64,000 bases of DNA from contig CBDCTK010000002.1 in NCBI GenBank assembly GCA_965222225.1, positions 3,552,001 to 3,616,000 on the forward strand. Reading direction: 5' to 3'. Numbering within the stretch: the first letter of the stretch is position 1; every line of letters begins with the position of its first letter. This document shows positions 49,466 to 59,536 of this stretch, piece by piece. The stretch is from Candidatus Poribacteria bacterium. GTDB taxonomy: Bacteria > Poribacteria > WGA-4E > JAJDTR01. The translations under genes were made by a program, and so were the position numbers. The notes beneath the pieces were generated by a model. That model had not been told where the DNA came from and searched no databases. It worked only from the letters and a program-made list of their open reading frames with translations.

Positions 49466-50200
49466 TCAATATCGCCAATTCTCGTGAGGGAGCGGCGCAC
49501 GGTTGAGTTCGTCCCTATAGGTTCGCCATTGGGGGATAAAGTTATCCATCAACTCGCGAAACCGGTCGTTGTGGTGGCGCTCAAGCAGATGTACCATTTC
49601 GTGAACGAGGATGTACACCAGACAGGAACTGGGTTTCTTCGCCAGTTCGAGATTGAGCCAGATCCGTTTGGCTTCAGCGTTACAGGAGCCCCAGAGCGTT
49701 TTCATTTTCTTGATTCGCACATCTTCGACGGTCACGCCCAGCTTCGGTCCCCATATGGCGACGAGCGGAGGCAACTGATTGCGGAGGTGGCGGCGATACC
49801 AGCGATGAAGCACGGCTTCTCGCGCCTCTCGGTCAGAGTTCGGGCGAACACCTAATTCAAGCCTCGTGTTGTTGCGCGGTTTAACTGTCGGCGGCGCGTC
49901 GCGCTCAATCACATCCAGCCGGTAACGTCTGCCTTCAAAGTAGTGGCTCTCACCGGTTACGAACTCGCGCTGAGATTGGCGTATCTGTCCCTCGAACTCC
50001 GCTTGCTTCCGGCGTATCCAACCGAGGCGTGAGATGACGGCGAGGCGTACAGCTTCATCATCAAGGCGCAAAGGCACCGCCACGCGAACCCGACCGCTCG
50101 GTGGATAAACGCCGACATGGAGGTTCTTGATCTCCTTGCGGACGATTTCGACCGGTATTCCCCGGACTTCTATACGCTGACTATTGATCTCAGTACTCAT
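49466..50200 (-). CDS. YgjP/DUF45 (M48/SprT-like) metal-dependent protein, typical type I R-M associate
   Basis: MKTLWGSC, IWLNLELAK, HEMVH, RHHNDRF. Confidence 0.9.
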   Translation of the reverse strand: MSTEINSQRIEVRGIPVEIVRKEIKNLHVGVYPPSGRVRVAVPLRLDDEAVRLAVISRLGWIRRKQAEFEGQIRQSQREFVTGESHYFEGRRYRLDVIERDAPPTVKPRNNTRLELGVRPNSDREAREAVLHRWYRRHLRNQLPPLVAIWGPKLGVTVEDVRIKKMKTLWGSCNAEAKRIWLNLELAKKPSSCLVYILVHEMVHLLERHHNDRFRELMDNFIPQWRTYRDELNRAPLPHENWRY

Positions 50201-53200
50201 GCTGGTTCTTCACAATCTCAAAGAGCGCGTCAACGTCAACGGCGTAATCGCCAAATTCTTCCGCGACGACCTTTGACATGGCTAGGCGTACTTTTCGCTC
50301 TTTGAGCCTATGTCCCTTCCAATCGTCTTCCTTTGAATCGCGGATAGCTTCATCCAGTGCAACTGCCACCCGCGCTCTGATTTCTCGGTTCGGGGGGTTT
50401 TCATTCTGACCTTCTGTCTCTGCAATATCCGATGCATCGGATATTGTTATGTTGTCGAATAACGCCTGCCGCGATGCGGTGTTTATCCCCGAAGGATAGG
50501 ATACCCTGGTTTGATATGTGTCAATCTGTCTAGTCAACGCCGCAATCCTTGCCAAATAGGTTTGATAATCTATTGCATTCTGTCTTCGCTGCTGGATCAG
50601 GGCATCAAGCAGCCTTGACATCTCCTCATAGTAAACAGGATTGACCGGTGTCCGGTCAATAATTACCCGACGGACGTTGTTTTCAATCGTCTCGGCCGCA
50701 GCTTTGCGATTTTTCTTGATTCCCTCGGGCAGCGAATCAATCGCGGCTTCACCGCGCTGGACAATCAGTTCCACAAGCGTTAGGTCGTCGAACTCGGAAA
50801 GCTTCTTACTCTCCTCTGCCCGGATGTAGGCGTCCAACAGGTGTCGCATGGCGGGTTCATAGACCTTCAGGTCAATATAGTCGCCACTCCCCAGCTTGAC
50901 CTCCTGCCGCACTCTCTCGTAGCGATCGACTTCGGCTTTAATCTCCCGGGCTTCGGCATCGCTGTAGCCGGCATCACTCATCTCGTTTGCCAGATTGGCG
51001 TACGCCCGCAGCAACCCCGCGACCGACTTATAAAGGGTTAGGCGCTTTTGCTCATTGGCTTTGAGTTGATCGGCGTTGCCGCTCTCGACGGCGCAAAAGT
51101 AACGCAGATAAGCCGCTGTATCGCGCGGCAACTCAACCGGTTCGCAAAGCGCCTTGACCGCCTCGCGTGCCTCCTCAAGCCGTTCACGTGCCTTCTCAAG
51201 TCGATTTTCGAGTAAGCCTTTCACGTCTTCGGGGTCGTAGTCTGCGAAGGCTTCTCCGGTGTAGTCCGCAATCGACGTCTCTAAGGAGCGGAACAGGTCT
51301 TTGTAGTCGATGATGTAGCCGTATTCCTTGTCCTCGCCGTGAAGACGGTTGACCCGGCAAATCGCCTGAAACAGACCGTGGTCCTGCATCTTCTTATCAA
51401 TGTAGAGATACGTCGCTGGCGGGGCATCGAAACCGGTTAGCAGTTTGTCCACGACAATAAGTAGTTTCATCTGCCCCGGCTCTTCGACGAAACGTTTTTT
51501 GACCTCCTGCTCGAACTGCTCGACCTTGTGCATCGCGGTGTCTTCCGATTCGTCGAAGTGTTCCGCGAGCATCTTCCGGTAAATGTTATGCTTGAGCAGT
51601 TTTTCGGTTAATCCCTCGCCGGTTTCTTCACCTCTAATGGCAGACGGAGACGGCTCGTAAGAGGTCACGATACCGCATTTGCCCTGCAGTGGGGATCCCT
51701 GAAACATCTCGAATAACCGACATGCCGCGTAGATGGTATCGGAAACAAGCAAGGCGTTTCCATGGCCGCTTGCTAAACGATTTTGTGTCTCCATGTCCAT
51801 CAGAATGTCATCGACAATCTGGTTCAACCTATTTCGTGAACTCAGCACCCTCTGCATCGTGCCCCAACGCTGTCTGGGTTGCGCCTTTGCCAGGTCGGTT
51901 AACCCTCGCGTCTTGATTTCAAACCACTGATCGATTCGCTCTTGTGAGGTGATGTGCTGGTCGATGTCGCGCGCTTCATAGCGTAGGTCAAGTACGACAT
52001 TATCCTCAACCGCCTGGTCGTATTTGTAGGTGTGGATGTAGGGACCGAAGGTTTGAATACTCTGCAGTTTGTCGCGCTTAAGCAACGGGGTGCCCGTGAA
52101 GCCGATTAGCATTGCTCCCGGTAAAATAGCCTTCATCGCCCTATGCAGCTTGCCCGACTGTGTGCGGTGGCATTCATCCACAAAGACAAAAAACTCGCCG
52201 CGGGGGTGAAAATCCGCTGGCAGATTGTGTTTGATGTCCTCAATGAATTCCTCCACGTCTCGATCACTGACATCTCCCGAGGCGCCGAACTTGTGGATCA
52301 GCGAACAGACCAACCATTTAGCAAGGTCATTGAGCGCGCCTGCCAAGTCGGCGCCGCTCTGAGTACGGTAGATATCTTCGTTGACTCCTGTGAAAACCTT
52401 CTCGATCTGTTCATCCAGCTCGCTGCGGTCGGTGATGATTAACACGCGACTGTTGGTGATGTTCTCACGAATCCATTTCGCCAGCCAAACCATGGTCAGG
52501 CTCTTTCCGCTGCCCTGGGTGTGCCAGATGATGCCGCCCTCTCGCTTCTTGACGCGCGCCTGTGCGGCTTTCACGCCGAAATACTGGTTATGCCGACAGA
52601 TTTTCTTCGTCCCCGCATCAAATACGATGAAGTCGTGCAGTATTTCAAGCATCCGCTCTTTGCCGCAGAACTGGCGCAACTCCCGGAGCAACGGATTATC
52701 GTCGTCGGTGTCGTCAACCTCCTTCCAGCGAAGCCAATGTTTCTCCGGTGTCTCTATCACGCCGTAGCGCAGCCCTTCGGTCTCGTTGCCCGCCATGATG
52801 AGTTGCACCGTCGAGAAAAAGGGACAGATAAATTCACCCCGCTGGTTGTCGAGGTTTTGACGGATACCCTCGGAAACCGACACCGTGGAACGCTTTAACT
52901 CCAGCACGCCGAGCGCTATTCCGTTGACGTAGAGCACTATGTCGGGTCGCTTGGTGTTTTCCCCAACAACGGTAACCTCCTCGGCGATGCCGAAGTGGTT
53001 GTTTGCTGGGTTTTTCCAGTCGACGAGCCGGACAGTCTGGTAGTGATCGCTTTGTCCAACTTTGACGTTTACGCCGTATCGGAGTTGTTCATACACCTTA
53101 AGATTTGCGCTGTAGAGTGTCGTGCTCCCGCCGAAGTCAGCAGTCTTGTGTACCTCAAACAAAGTCTTCTGCACAATCTGCTCGCTGTGCCCCTGTCCCT

Positions 53201-53348
53201 GCAGCCAGTCAGTAAGATATTCATCCTCAACGTTGCTATTGCCGGGACGCTCCTTCCAATTACCAAGACCGTCGTAGCCGAGGACGCCTTGAAAATACGC
53301 GATCACGCGCCGCTGTGTAAAGAATTCCTGTTGCCCTATCGTGTTCAT
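50190..53348 (-). CDS. hsdR: Type I restriction enzyme R subunit
   Basis: RPDIVLYVNG...ELK, HTQGSGKS, DECHR, GFTGTP, LLTGFDAP, QAICRVNR. Confidence 0.97.
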   Translation of the reverse strand: MNTIGQQEFFTQRRVIAYFQGVLGYDGLGNWKERPGNSNVEDEYLTDWLQGQGHSEQIVQKTLFEVHKTADFGGSTTLYSANLKVYEQLRYGVNVKVGQSDHYQTVRLVDWKNPANNHFGIAEEVTVVGENTKRPDIVLYVNGIALGVLELKRSTVSVSEGIRQNLDNQRGEFICPFFSTVQLIMAGNETEGLRYGVIETPEKHWLRWKEVDDTDDDNPLLRELRQFCGKERMLEILHDFIVFDAGTKKICRHNQYFGVKAAQARVKKREGGIIWHTQGSGKSLTMVWLAKWIRENITNSRVLIITDRSELDEQIEKVFTGVNEDIYRTQSGADLAGALNDLAKWLVCSLIHKFGASGDVSDRDVEEFIEDIKHNLPADFHPRGEFFVFVDECHRTQSGKLHRAMKAILPGAMLIGFTGTPLLKRDKLQSIQTFGPYIHTYKYDQAVEDNVVLDLRYEARDIDQHITSQERIDQWFEIKTRGLTDLAKAQPRQRWGTMQRVLSSRNRLNQIVDDILMDMETQNRLASGHGNALLVSDTIYAACRLFEMFQGSPLQGKCGIVTSYEPSPSAIRGEETGEGLTEKLLKHNIYRKMLAEHFDESEDTAMHKVEQFEQEVKKRFVEEPGQMKLLIVVDKLLTGFDAPPATYLYIDKKMQDHGLFQAICRVNRLHGEDKEYGYIIDYKDLFRSLETSIADYTGEAFADYDPEDVKGLLENRLEKARERLEEAREAVKALCEPVELPRDTAAYLRYFCAVESGNADQLKANEQKRLTLYKSVAGLLRAYANLANEMSDAGYSDAEAREIKAEVDRYERVRQEVKLGSGDYIDLKVYEPAMRHLLDAYIRAEESKKLSEFDDLTLVELIVQRGEAAIDSLPEGIKKNRKAAAETIENNVRRVIIDRTPVNPVYYEEMSRLLDALIQQRRQNAIDYQTYLARIAALTRQIDTYQTRVSYPSGINTASRQALFDNITISDASDIAETEGQNENPPNREIRARVAVALDEAIRDSKEDDWKGHRLKERKVRLAMSKVVAEEFGDYAVDVDALFEIVKNQHEY

Positions 53349-53484
53349 TGCACTGCTTTCATCGGATTACTCGCGCCATGCCAATAATAAATCTTGCAGG
53401 TTTTCCACAGGCGGCTGAATGTCGCTTTCCTTGTTGCGGACCCCGTTGATGGCCATCCTCGCATGTCGCCCCTGGCAACTTGTT

Positions 53485-54261
53485 TTATCCGGAGATATTC
53501 TCATCCAGAAATTCTCCAATTCTTTCGTGGTTTTCGGGTATGCCGATGAAGTAGTCGTTGCATACAGCGCGGAAGCGTGCAAACACTTTGCGACTAGTGG
53601 CGTCCGGATCTTTGAAAATGCCGAGAGAACGAAACGATATTCCCCACCGCTTGAATTCATACAATGCGATCGTCGCATCGCGAGTTTTATTATCATGAGG
53701 AAGAGCGTATACAAAAAGTGGTTGCGGCATACCGTTGATTCGACAATCTACTTTGTAAGTTCCTTCGGGATCATGACGTGGATTAAACCAGTCGAAAGTC
53801 GTGCGCTGTTCTGGCGCTTTTTCATGTATAAGAGAACGGAAGTCTTCTAAGAATGTGGATTGAACCCGTTCCCTCGACAAGTATGAAACGTCAATTATCT
53901 TGAGAAGTGCTTGGATGAACGAATACAGCGCATCGCCGTAACGACCATCCGACACATCAATTACCAATTCTCCGTCACGGTCTTCCACTTCAAACATGGA
54001 GAGCGCTCTTGAGATAATTTCCCCGCGTGTACCGCTATGAAGAGCCTTCTCATCTATCTCGTAGGTGAGGTGCATGTAGGTATGCGCTTCGTCGGTAAGT
54101 ATCCACTGACTACCCACCTTCTTCAGGACAATGACCAACTGATCGCCATCCTCGAACATAAAGGGGGTAAACACGCGGAAACGCTCTTCGCCATCGGCTG
54201 AGAGCCTAACCTTTGCCGAGACTTTAGCCATAAAGTCTTGTTCTATGATGTTGATGGGCAT
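53485..54261 (-). CDS. DUF1828-like protein with a DUF1829-like C-terminal domain
   Basis: VFTPFMFEDGDQLVIVL...ILTDEAHT N-terminal signature; C-terminal YKVDCRI...LFVYAL. Confidence 0.75.
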   Translation of the reverse strand: MPINIIEQDFMAKVSAKVRLSADGEERFRVFTPFMFEDGDQLVIVLKKVGSQWILTDEAHTYMHLTYEIDEKALHSGTRGEIISRALSMFEVEDRDGELVIDVSDGRYGDALYSFIQALLKIIDVSYLSRERVQSTFLEDFRSLIHEKAPEQRTTFDWFNPRHDPEGTYKVDCRINGMPQPLFVYALPHDNKTRDATIALYEFKRWGISFRSLGIFKDPDATSRKVFARFRAVCNDYFIGIPENHERIGEFLDENISG

Positions 54262-54264
54262 TGC

Positions 54265-54738
54265 TTACACCTCCTCAAAAAGAGTCAACTGTAACTCAGA
54301 TGGTTCTTCAAAATTTGCGTCCTCGATTAGACACTGAAGGCCACTATCAAAGTCGTTGTACCGGTTCGTTACTTGTGCGTAGGCATCCTCAGCTAATCCA
54401 CGTTGCTGATATCGCTCTGTCGCGTAGTGAATGTGAAATCCATCAATCTCCTCTTTTTCGATTGAATTGTAGTGAGGATTGGTCCACCCATTGTAACGGC
54501 GGAGTCGAAATTGTCGATTTGACAGGGGAACGACAACTGTCAAGATTACTGAAAAATCCAATGGCTGGATGTCTTTGCGTCTGGCAATAATGTGGAATTT
54601 GTTTTCGTTGTCACCGGTGACAATCAATTCCCTTTTCTTATTGTTTGCTTTGAGTAGCGTATTGCGCCAGTTTACAGGCAAAACTTTGCGTTCCTGTATC
54701 AACGCTGCGATTTCCTGATCTGAATACGTAATATGCAT
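54265..54738 (-). CDS. Hypothetical protein with HxN and HxH motifs (DUF6978-like)
   Basis: LIQERK, LRRYNG...PHYN...FHIHYATERY; 3-bp gap to the DUF1828 gene. Confidence 0.7.
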   Translation of the reverse strand: MHITYSDQEIAALIQERKVLPVNWRNTLLKANNKKRELIVTGDNENKFHIIARRKDIQPLDFSVILTVVVPLSNRQFRLRRYNGWTNPHYNSIEKEEIDGFHIHYATERYQQRGLAEDAYAQVTNRYNDFDSGLQCLIEDANFEEPSELQLTLFEEV

Positions 54739-54801
54739 AGACGTTTTGACGTTTTAAGAAACGCTCGTGTTGCCCTGAAAGATTCTTTGAAGGCGTTTTT
54801 T

Positions 54802-55110
54802 TTAACAATAAGTGCGTTTGGCTTTGGGGGCCCGAGGTTTATAGATAGCTCTCAATTCCTCGGCAGGAAGCATTAAAAACAGTGCCATCGCTTTATTGTA
54901 GTCGCTATCATCTACCGATTTGAATCGAACCTTGCATCTTCTGGTAGACTTGGGGTGGGGTGGATCGAGGGACTGACAATGCATTTCTTCCGAGAATTCA
55001 TCTAAAAGTTCATCGGGCACAATGGATACTGTACCGCCGTAAATCGCTCGCACATTCAACACGTCATCTATGCTCATACTGTATTTGCACATGACACCAT
55101 TGCCGTTCAT
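54802..55110 (-). CDS. Hypothetical protein (~102 aa)
   Basis: ATG after GGGAG; co-oriented inside the hsd operon; no family recognised. Confidence 0.55.
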   Translation of the reverse strand: MNGNGVMCKYSMSIDDVLNVRAIYGGTVSIVPDELLDEFSEEMHCQSLDPPHPKSTRRCKVRFKSVDDSDYNKAMALFLMLPAEELRAIYKPRAPKAKRTYC

Positions 55111-55214
55111 TTTTTGTCTCCCTTTTTTGTTTTTACGGGTGTTCAAATTCAGCCATCCATTCGGTTGGATTCAGAATTTGGTAGCCCGGAGTTCGTAGTT
55201 TAACTTTTGATTGT

Positions 55215-56525
55215 CTAATCGCATTGGGGACCCACGTCAGGCCTCACTAATCGCACACGCCCCGTGAGAAGTTGCTGCATCATCCCCTGCTTGATGGCAC
55301 GAGTTTTGTCCCAACGCTGCTCCAACGCGCCAATCTCGGCATCCATGTCAGAGAGGACCGCGGCGATGACGACTTGCTCGTCAATGGGTGGAAGAGCGAC
55401 ACGAATCTTTGAGAATGCTGGCCATCTTAAACTACCCCGGCGATTAATGGAGGACGTGGTAGCATTAGCAAACTGTTGGCGGTAGGAATCAAGCTTCAGC
55501 AATCTGTGGAGGAAGAAACTATTAATGCCCTCCTTCGGTGAGCACACGACATAAATTGGGCTAACTAGAGCTACATCATAGAGATCCTGAAGTCCGATTG
55601 ATCCCTCTTCAACATGGTTTATGGGATAACCTATCTGTCCGCGTCTGATGATTTTGTAGCTACTCAGGTCTTTACTGAAGACTTGGTTCTTGAAGTAACT
55701 AAGCGAATCAACGAATCCCAGATGCTTAGAGCAGGTCAAAACCGGAATATCCGTGCCTAAATTGTTCTTCTCACTACATAGACTTACCACGTCGCCGATT
55801 TGATTCGTTTCCCATTCTCCGCTGAACCCCGGCAGGCGTATCCTGCCGGTTAGGAGTTGCTGCATGGCTGCCTGCTTGATTGCACGCTTTTTGGCAATGA
55901 GTGCATCCAACGCGCCAATCAACCCGTCCACATCCGACAACACCTCGGCGATGGCGTGTTGCTCAGCCCATGGCGGAATAGATAACTCAAGGGCAAAAAA
56001 TTGCCCTTTTGACATATTGTAGCGTGTAGAGCCTTGCGCGAGCACGTTCATAATGTCGCGTCCCACGGATCCTCTGAAATAATACGCTAGAAACAAGGGA
56101 AGATATTCCTTTTTATCATGAATCCGAAAGCCGAAGCAGAAACTGTTTAGGTATAGATTATCTAATTGCTGACCCATCACCGCACCAATTGCAAGATCGC
56201 CCGGTGTCTCCGATGAGGCGTTAAATAGCAAATCTCCTTTCAGAACCGAGTTCTGTGATTCGCCAGACCGAACATGAACAGAGGCCGTGTTGTGATCGTC
56301 AAGAATGACGTTTTCTAAAATGCCTCGAAATGTTACATATCGTGCGTTACCACCTTCAAAATCGGCTTTATTCTTACCAGACAACCCTCCGTAGACCGAG
56401 CCAATGGTTCCCATGCTTGTTTTTTTCCATGCATCGCTAAACCTCGACAAACGTGCATTGCTGTCAACTGTGTGTTGAGAATCATTCAGTATATGTGAAT
56501 GTTTGTTTGGGATACTCATTTCCAC
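55215..56525 (-). CDS. hsdS: Type I R-M specificity subunit
   Basis: Two TRDs, each followed by PP..EQ..IA.VLSD.D...KQ..MQQLLTG. Confidence 0.95.
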   Translation of the reverse strand: MEMSIPNKHSHILNDSQHTVDSNARLSRFSDAWKKTSMGTIGSVYGGLSGKNKADFEGGNARYVTFRGILENVILDDHNTASVHVRSGESQNSVLKGDLLFNASSETPGDLAIGAVMGQQLDNLYLNSFCFGFRIHDKKEYLPLFLAYYFRGSVGRDIMNVLAQGSTRYNMSKGQFFALELSIPPWAEQHAIAEVLSDVDGLIGALDALIAKKRAIKQAAMQQLLTGRIRLPGFSGEWETNQIGDVVSLCSEKNNLGTDIPVLTCSKHLGFVDSLSYFKNQVFSKDLSSYKIIRRGQIGYPINHVEEGSIGLQDLYDVALVSPIYVVCSPKEGINSFFLHRLLKLDSYRQQFANATTSSINRRGSLRWPAFSKIRVALPPIDEQVVIAAVLSDMDAEIGALEQRWDKTRAIKQGMMQQLLTGRVRLVRPDVGPQCD

Positions 56526-58981
56526 TCAATTCCCATGTTCCTCATATGTCTGTTTATCTTTGCACTGAACTCTTCCACTACACCATCTAGTTGCGGCAAT
56601 GGCTGAGCGTAGCGCTCTTCTAGCTCTTTTACGCGACCGGTGAGTTGTTGTGTCAGGCGTTGCACTTCATCTTCAATCGAAGCTCGGATGCTCCCAAACC
56701 ACTTGTCTTGGACGACGATCGTCTCGATCTCCGCCTCAGTAAGCGTGGTGTAGCGAGCCAACACCTTCGTATCAAGTGCAAATTGGGCGTCTCTAGCCGC
56801 CTTGTCCGCTTTTGCCTTGGTCTCTAACAGGGACAGGCAACGTTCAAGGATGTCCCGTTCCTCGTCGGTATTCTCCTTGTCAAGGGGTGTCACCAAATCC
56901 GGCGTGATTTCATTCAGCCGCGCCTTCACGCCCGCCAGAGTGACGTTGCCTTTGTCGTTTACTACGTCCAGCAGCAAGCCCTCATCTCCGGTGTGCTCTT
57001 CAAAGAAATCCTCCAACGTGCTTTTGGCGTCTTCCTGCTCCGCACCCAACATATCAAGGACGTCCTGTTCAGCGGCGAAGTCGCGTGTCACAATCAGGGC
57101 TGGCGGAATTAGGTCCATCTTGTATTTCTTGCGTTTAATAATCAGGTCCGGGGTTTCTGTGATCTTCCGGTTCTTGTCCTCAATGACATCGCGAGGTTGG
57201 GCTGCCTGGAGCCACCCGTCCGCGGCGATGAGGTAGACGTCATCTTGCATCGTCTCGTCCCAGAAGTTCATTAGGCGCTGGTAAACATCGTACGGATTGA
57301 GCAGCGGCAGGTCCGCAAAACACGCGAGCAGTCCCTCCGACAGAGCATGAATAACTTCTTTGGGGGACGCCCCAACCTCAATGTCTAACAGCATTGGTTC
57401 ATGGGCATCCCGCCACGCGTTGAAGCTGGTGTACACGCGTTGTTGGAAAACGTTGAATTCATGATGATTGAGGATAGAGGTTTTCACGTGCCGTGTTTCC
57501 ACTTTAGGGTCGCTGTAGCCTGGTCTGCCGTTACCCTTGAACAATTCTCGACGTAACGAGGGAAAGATTGCCCAATAGTCCCCAAGTGCGTCAATGTCAC
57601 GATTGGGAATGCCGCCGTTTAGGTGAGCGTCAAGGTCGTGCAAATCGTCCGGATCGCTGGTATTGATATAGCGCGGAATGTTGAGGTTGTAATCGTTGGC
57701 AGGGTCGGCAATCTTGGATACCGGCACCATACGGGAATAGCCTTCCTGCTCGGTGCGCTTGTTAAAGACATCCACAATTTTGTGAATATCTTGGGCGCGC
57801 AGGCGGTTCTTGTTGCCGTCCTTGAGGAAGTCCTTGCTGGCGTCAATCATGAAGAAGCCTTTACGGGCATGGGCATTCTCCTTGTCGATGACCAGAATGC
57901 AGGCGGGGATGCCGGTACCGTAGAAGAGATTCGCGGGCAAGCCGATAATTCCCTTGATCATGCCTTGCCGGATGAGATTTCTACGGATATCCGCCTCCTT
58001 GTTGCCGCGAAACAGTACGCCGTGGGGAAGGATAATGGCGCCCTTGCCCCTGCTATTAAGCGACGCAATGAAGTGCAGGAGAAAGGCGTAATCACCGTTC
58101 TTAGCGGGCGGAATACCGTACACAAAACGTCCGTACTCGTCGTGAGCAGGGTTGAAGCCGGTATTCCATGCTTTGTCGGAGAAGGGCGGATTGGCAACCG
58201 CGAAGTCGAAGGTCTTTAAGCCGTTGCGTTGATTCTTGAAGTACGGGTCAGATAGTGTGTTGCCGTGCCAAATGTCAGCGGTCGGATTGTCGTGCAGAAA
58301 CATGTTCATTTGCGCGAGTGCGTAGGTGGCGTTGTCCTTCTCCTGGCCATAGATGGTGATGCCGCGTGGCGCTTCGTCGGCAGCTTTAAGCAGCAGCGAG
58401 CCGGAGCCGCAAGCGGGGTCGTAAATCGTTTGGTCCTGGCGGGTGTCGGCGCCGATGCCAATCACCTTTGCCATGATGCGAGAAACCTCGGCTGGGGTGT
58501 AAAACTGGCCCTTGCTCTTGCCCGATTCCGTGGCGAAGTGGCGCATGAGGTACTCGTAGGCATCGCCAAGCAGGTCGTCACCCTCGGCACGGTTAGCGCG
58601 GAAGTCGAGACTGTCGAATATGGCGACCAGCTTGGAGAGCCGGTCCGACATCTCTTTGCCGGTACCGAGTTTGCTCCGATCGTTGAAGTCCGCCTGATTG
58701 ATGACGCCCTTGAGGTCGTTTGCTTCGGCGAACTTGGCGATAATCACGTCAATCTTTTCGCCGATGTCCTTGTCGCCTTGAAGTTTAGCCATGTCGGCAA
58801 AACCGCCGCCATCAGGGATGTCAATGAGCGCGTCGGGCTGGGCGGCGTACTTGTCGGAGACATACTTCATGAACAGCAGCGTCAGGATGTAGTCCTTGTA
58901 TTGGGTGGCGTCCATGCCGCCGCGCAACTCGTCGCAGCTTTGCCAGAGCGAGGCGTAGATTTGGGATTTCTTCAGTGCCAT
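56516..58981 (-). CDS. hsdM: Type I R-M adenine methyltransferase
   Basis: GQFYTP, DPACGSG, NPPF, ILPHGVLFRG, YNLNIPRY. Confidence 0.97.
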   Translation of the reverse strand: MALKKSQIYASLWQSCDELRGGMDATQYKDYILTLLFMKYVSDKYAAQPDALIDIPDGGGFADMAKLQGDKDIGEKIDVIIAKFAEANDLKGVINQADFNDRSKLGTGKEMSDRLSKLVAIFDSLDFRANRAEGDDLLGDAYEYLMRHFATESGKSKGQFYTPAEVSRIMAKVIGIGADTRQDQTIYDPACGSGSLLLKAADEAPRGITIYGQEKDNATYALAQMNMFLHDNPTADIWHGNTLSDPYFKNQRNGLKTFDFAVANPPFSDKAWNTGFNPAHDEYGRFVYGIPPAKNGDYAFLLHFIASLNSRGKGAIILPHGVLFRGNKEADIRRNLIRQGMIKGIIGLPANLFYGTGIPACILVIDKENAHARKGFFMIDASKDFLKDGNKNRLRAQDIHKIVDVFNKRTEQEGYSRMVPVSKIADPANDYNLNIPRYINTSDPDDLHDLDAHLNGGIPNRDIDALGDYWAIFPSLRRELFKGNGRPGYSDPKVETRHVKTSILNHHEFNVFQQRVYTSFNAWRDAHEPMLLDIEVGASPKEVIHALSEGLLACFADLPLLNPYDVYQRLMNFWDETMQDDVYLIAADGWLQAAQPRDVIEDKNRKITETPDLIIKRKKYKMDLIPPALIVTRDFAAEQDVLDMLGAEQEDAKSTLEDFFEEHTGDEGLLLDVVNDKGNVTLAGVKARLNEITPDLVTPLDKENTDEERDILERCLSLLETKAKADKAARDAQFALDTKVLARYTTLTEAEIETIVVQDKWFGSIRASIEDEVQRLTQQLTGRVKELEERYAQPLPQLDGVVEEFSAKINRHMRNMGIEWK

Positions 58982-59176
58982 AGTTGGTTATCACCTTGCA
59001 ACATTGGAAACTGGGTAGAGCACGGAGCCCGACAGGTCTTTTCCGAAGTGCCGTTTCAGCACTCGACTAGGCATCGCTTCCTGCCGAATTGCTCCAATCC
59101 TCCCTATCCTCCGGGGACGATTGGCTTTCGTAACGAATGACGCATCCTTCCTGTCTTCAACTCCCCCATGTTCCAT

Positions 59177-59205
59177 ATTATATGCAGTCCGCGTATACCT
59201 GTCAA
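59177..59205 (-). promoter_or_regulatory. Perfect-consensus sigma70 promoter of the hsd operon
   Basis: TTGACA-17 bp-TATAAT on the minus strand. Confidence 0.8.
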
Positions 59206-59292
59206 TCTTTCATAGACCATGTGTCATGAACGTTGTTGCGAGGTAAAAATCTGGGTGATAGACTGAGGGAAGGGCGTCCTGGACTACGAAAA

Positions 59293-59337
59293 TGCTGGTA
59301 GACACTCGCAGAGGACGGCCGCTGTGCCGTCCCTAAG
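59293..59337 (+). repeat. REP-containing direct repeat, right of the R-M island
   Basis: 37/45 identical to 49402-49446, same hairpin. Confidence 0.75.
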
Positions 59338-59536
59338 CACCGTTCGGCGATTATCGAATCACCGACTAAGTTGTGATTGAGGTTCGCGACGGCAGACGGG
59401 TCGCGACCTAGAGCTCGCTCCTACAGGAGCCGTGTGTGCGAAGGAGTGTTGGGTTTCACTAGCGATATCTGGTAGGTCAGTTTATTGGAAGAAAAATGGC
59501 TCTATTTGACCGTGGCAAACATTCACCTCTTACCGT

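Noticed and set aside
55215-56525. Invertible or shufflon hsdS
   Set aside because: Only the normal duplicated conserved regions are present; no silent TRDs, inverted repeats or recombinase.
58265-59140. Long antisense ORFs (291 aa here, and others opposite hsdM, hsdR, lepA and dacB)
   Set aside because: Shadow frames of real genes caused by codon bias; no motifs.
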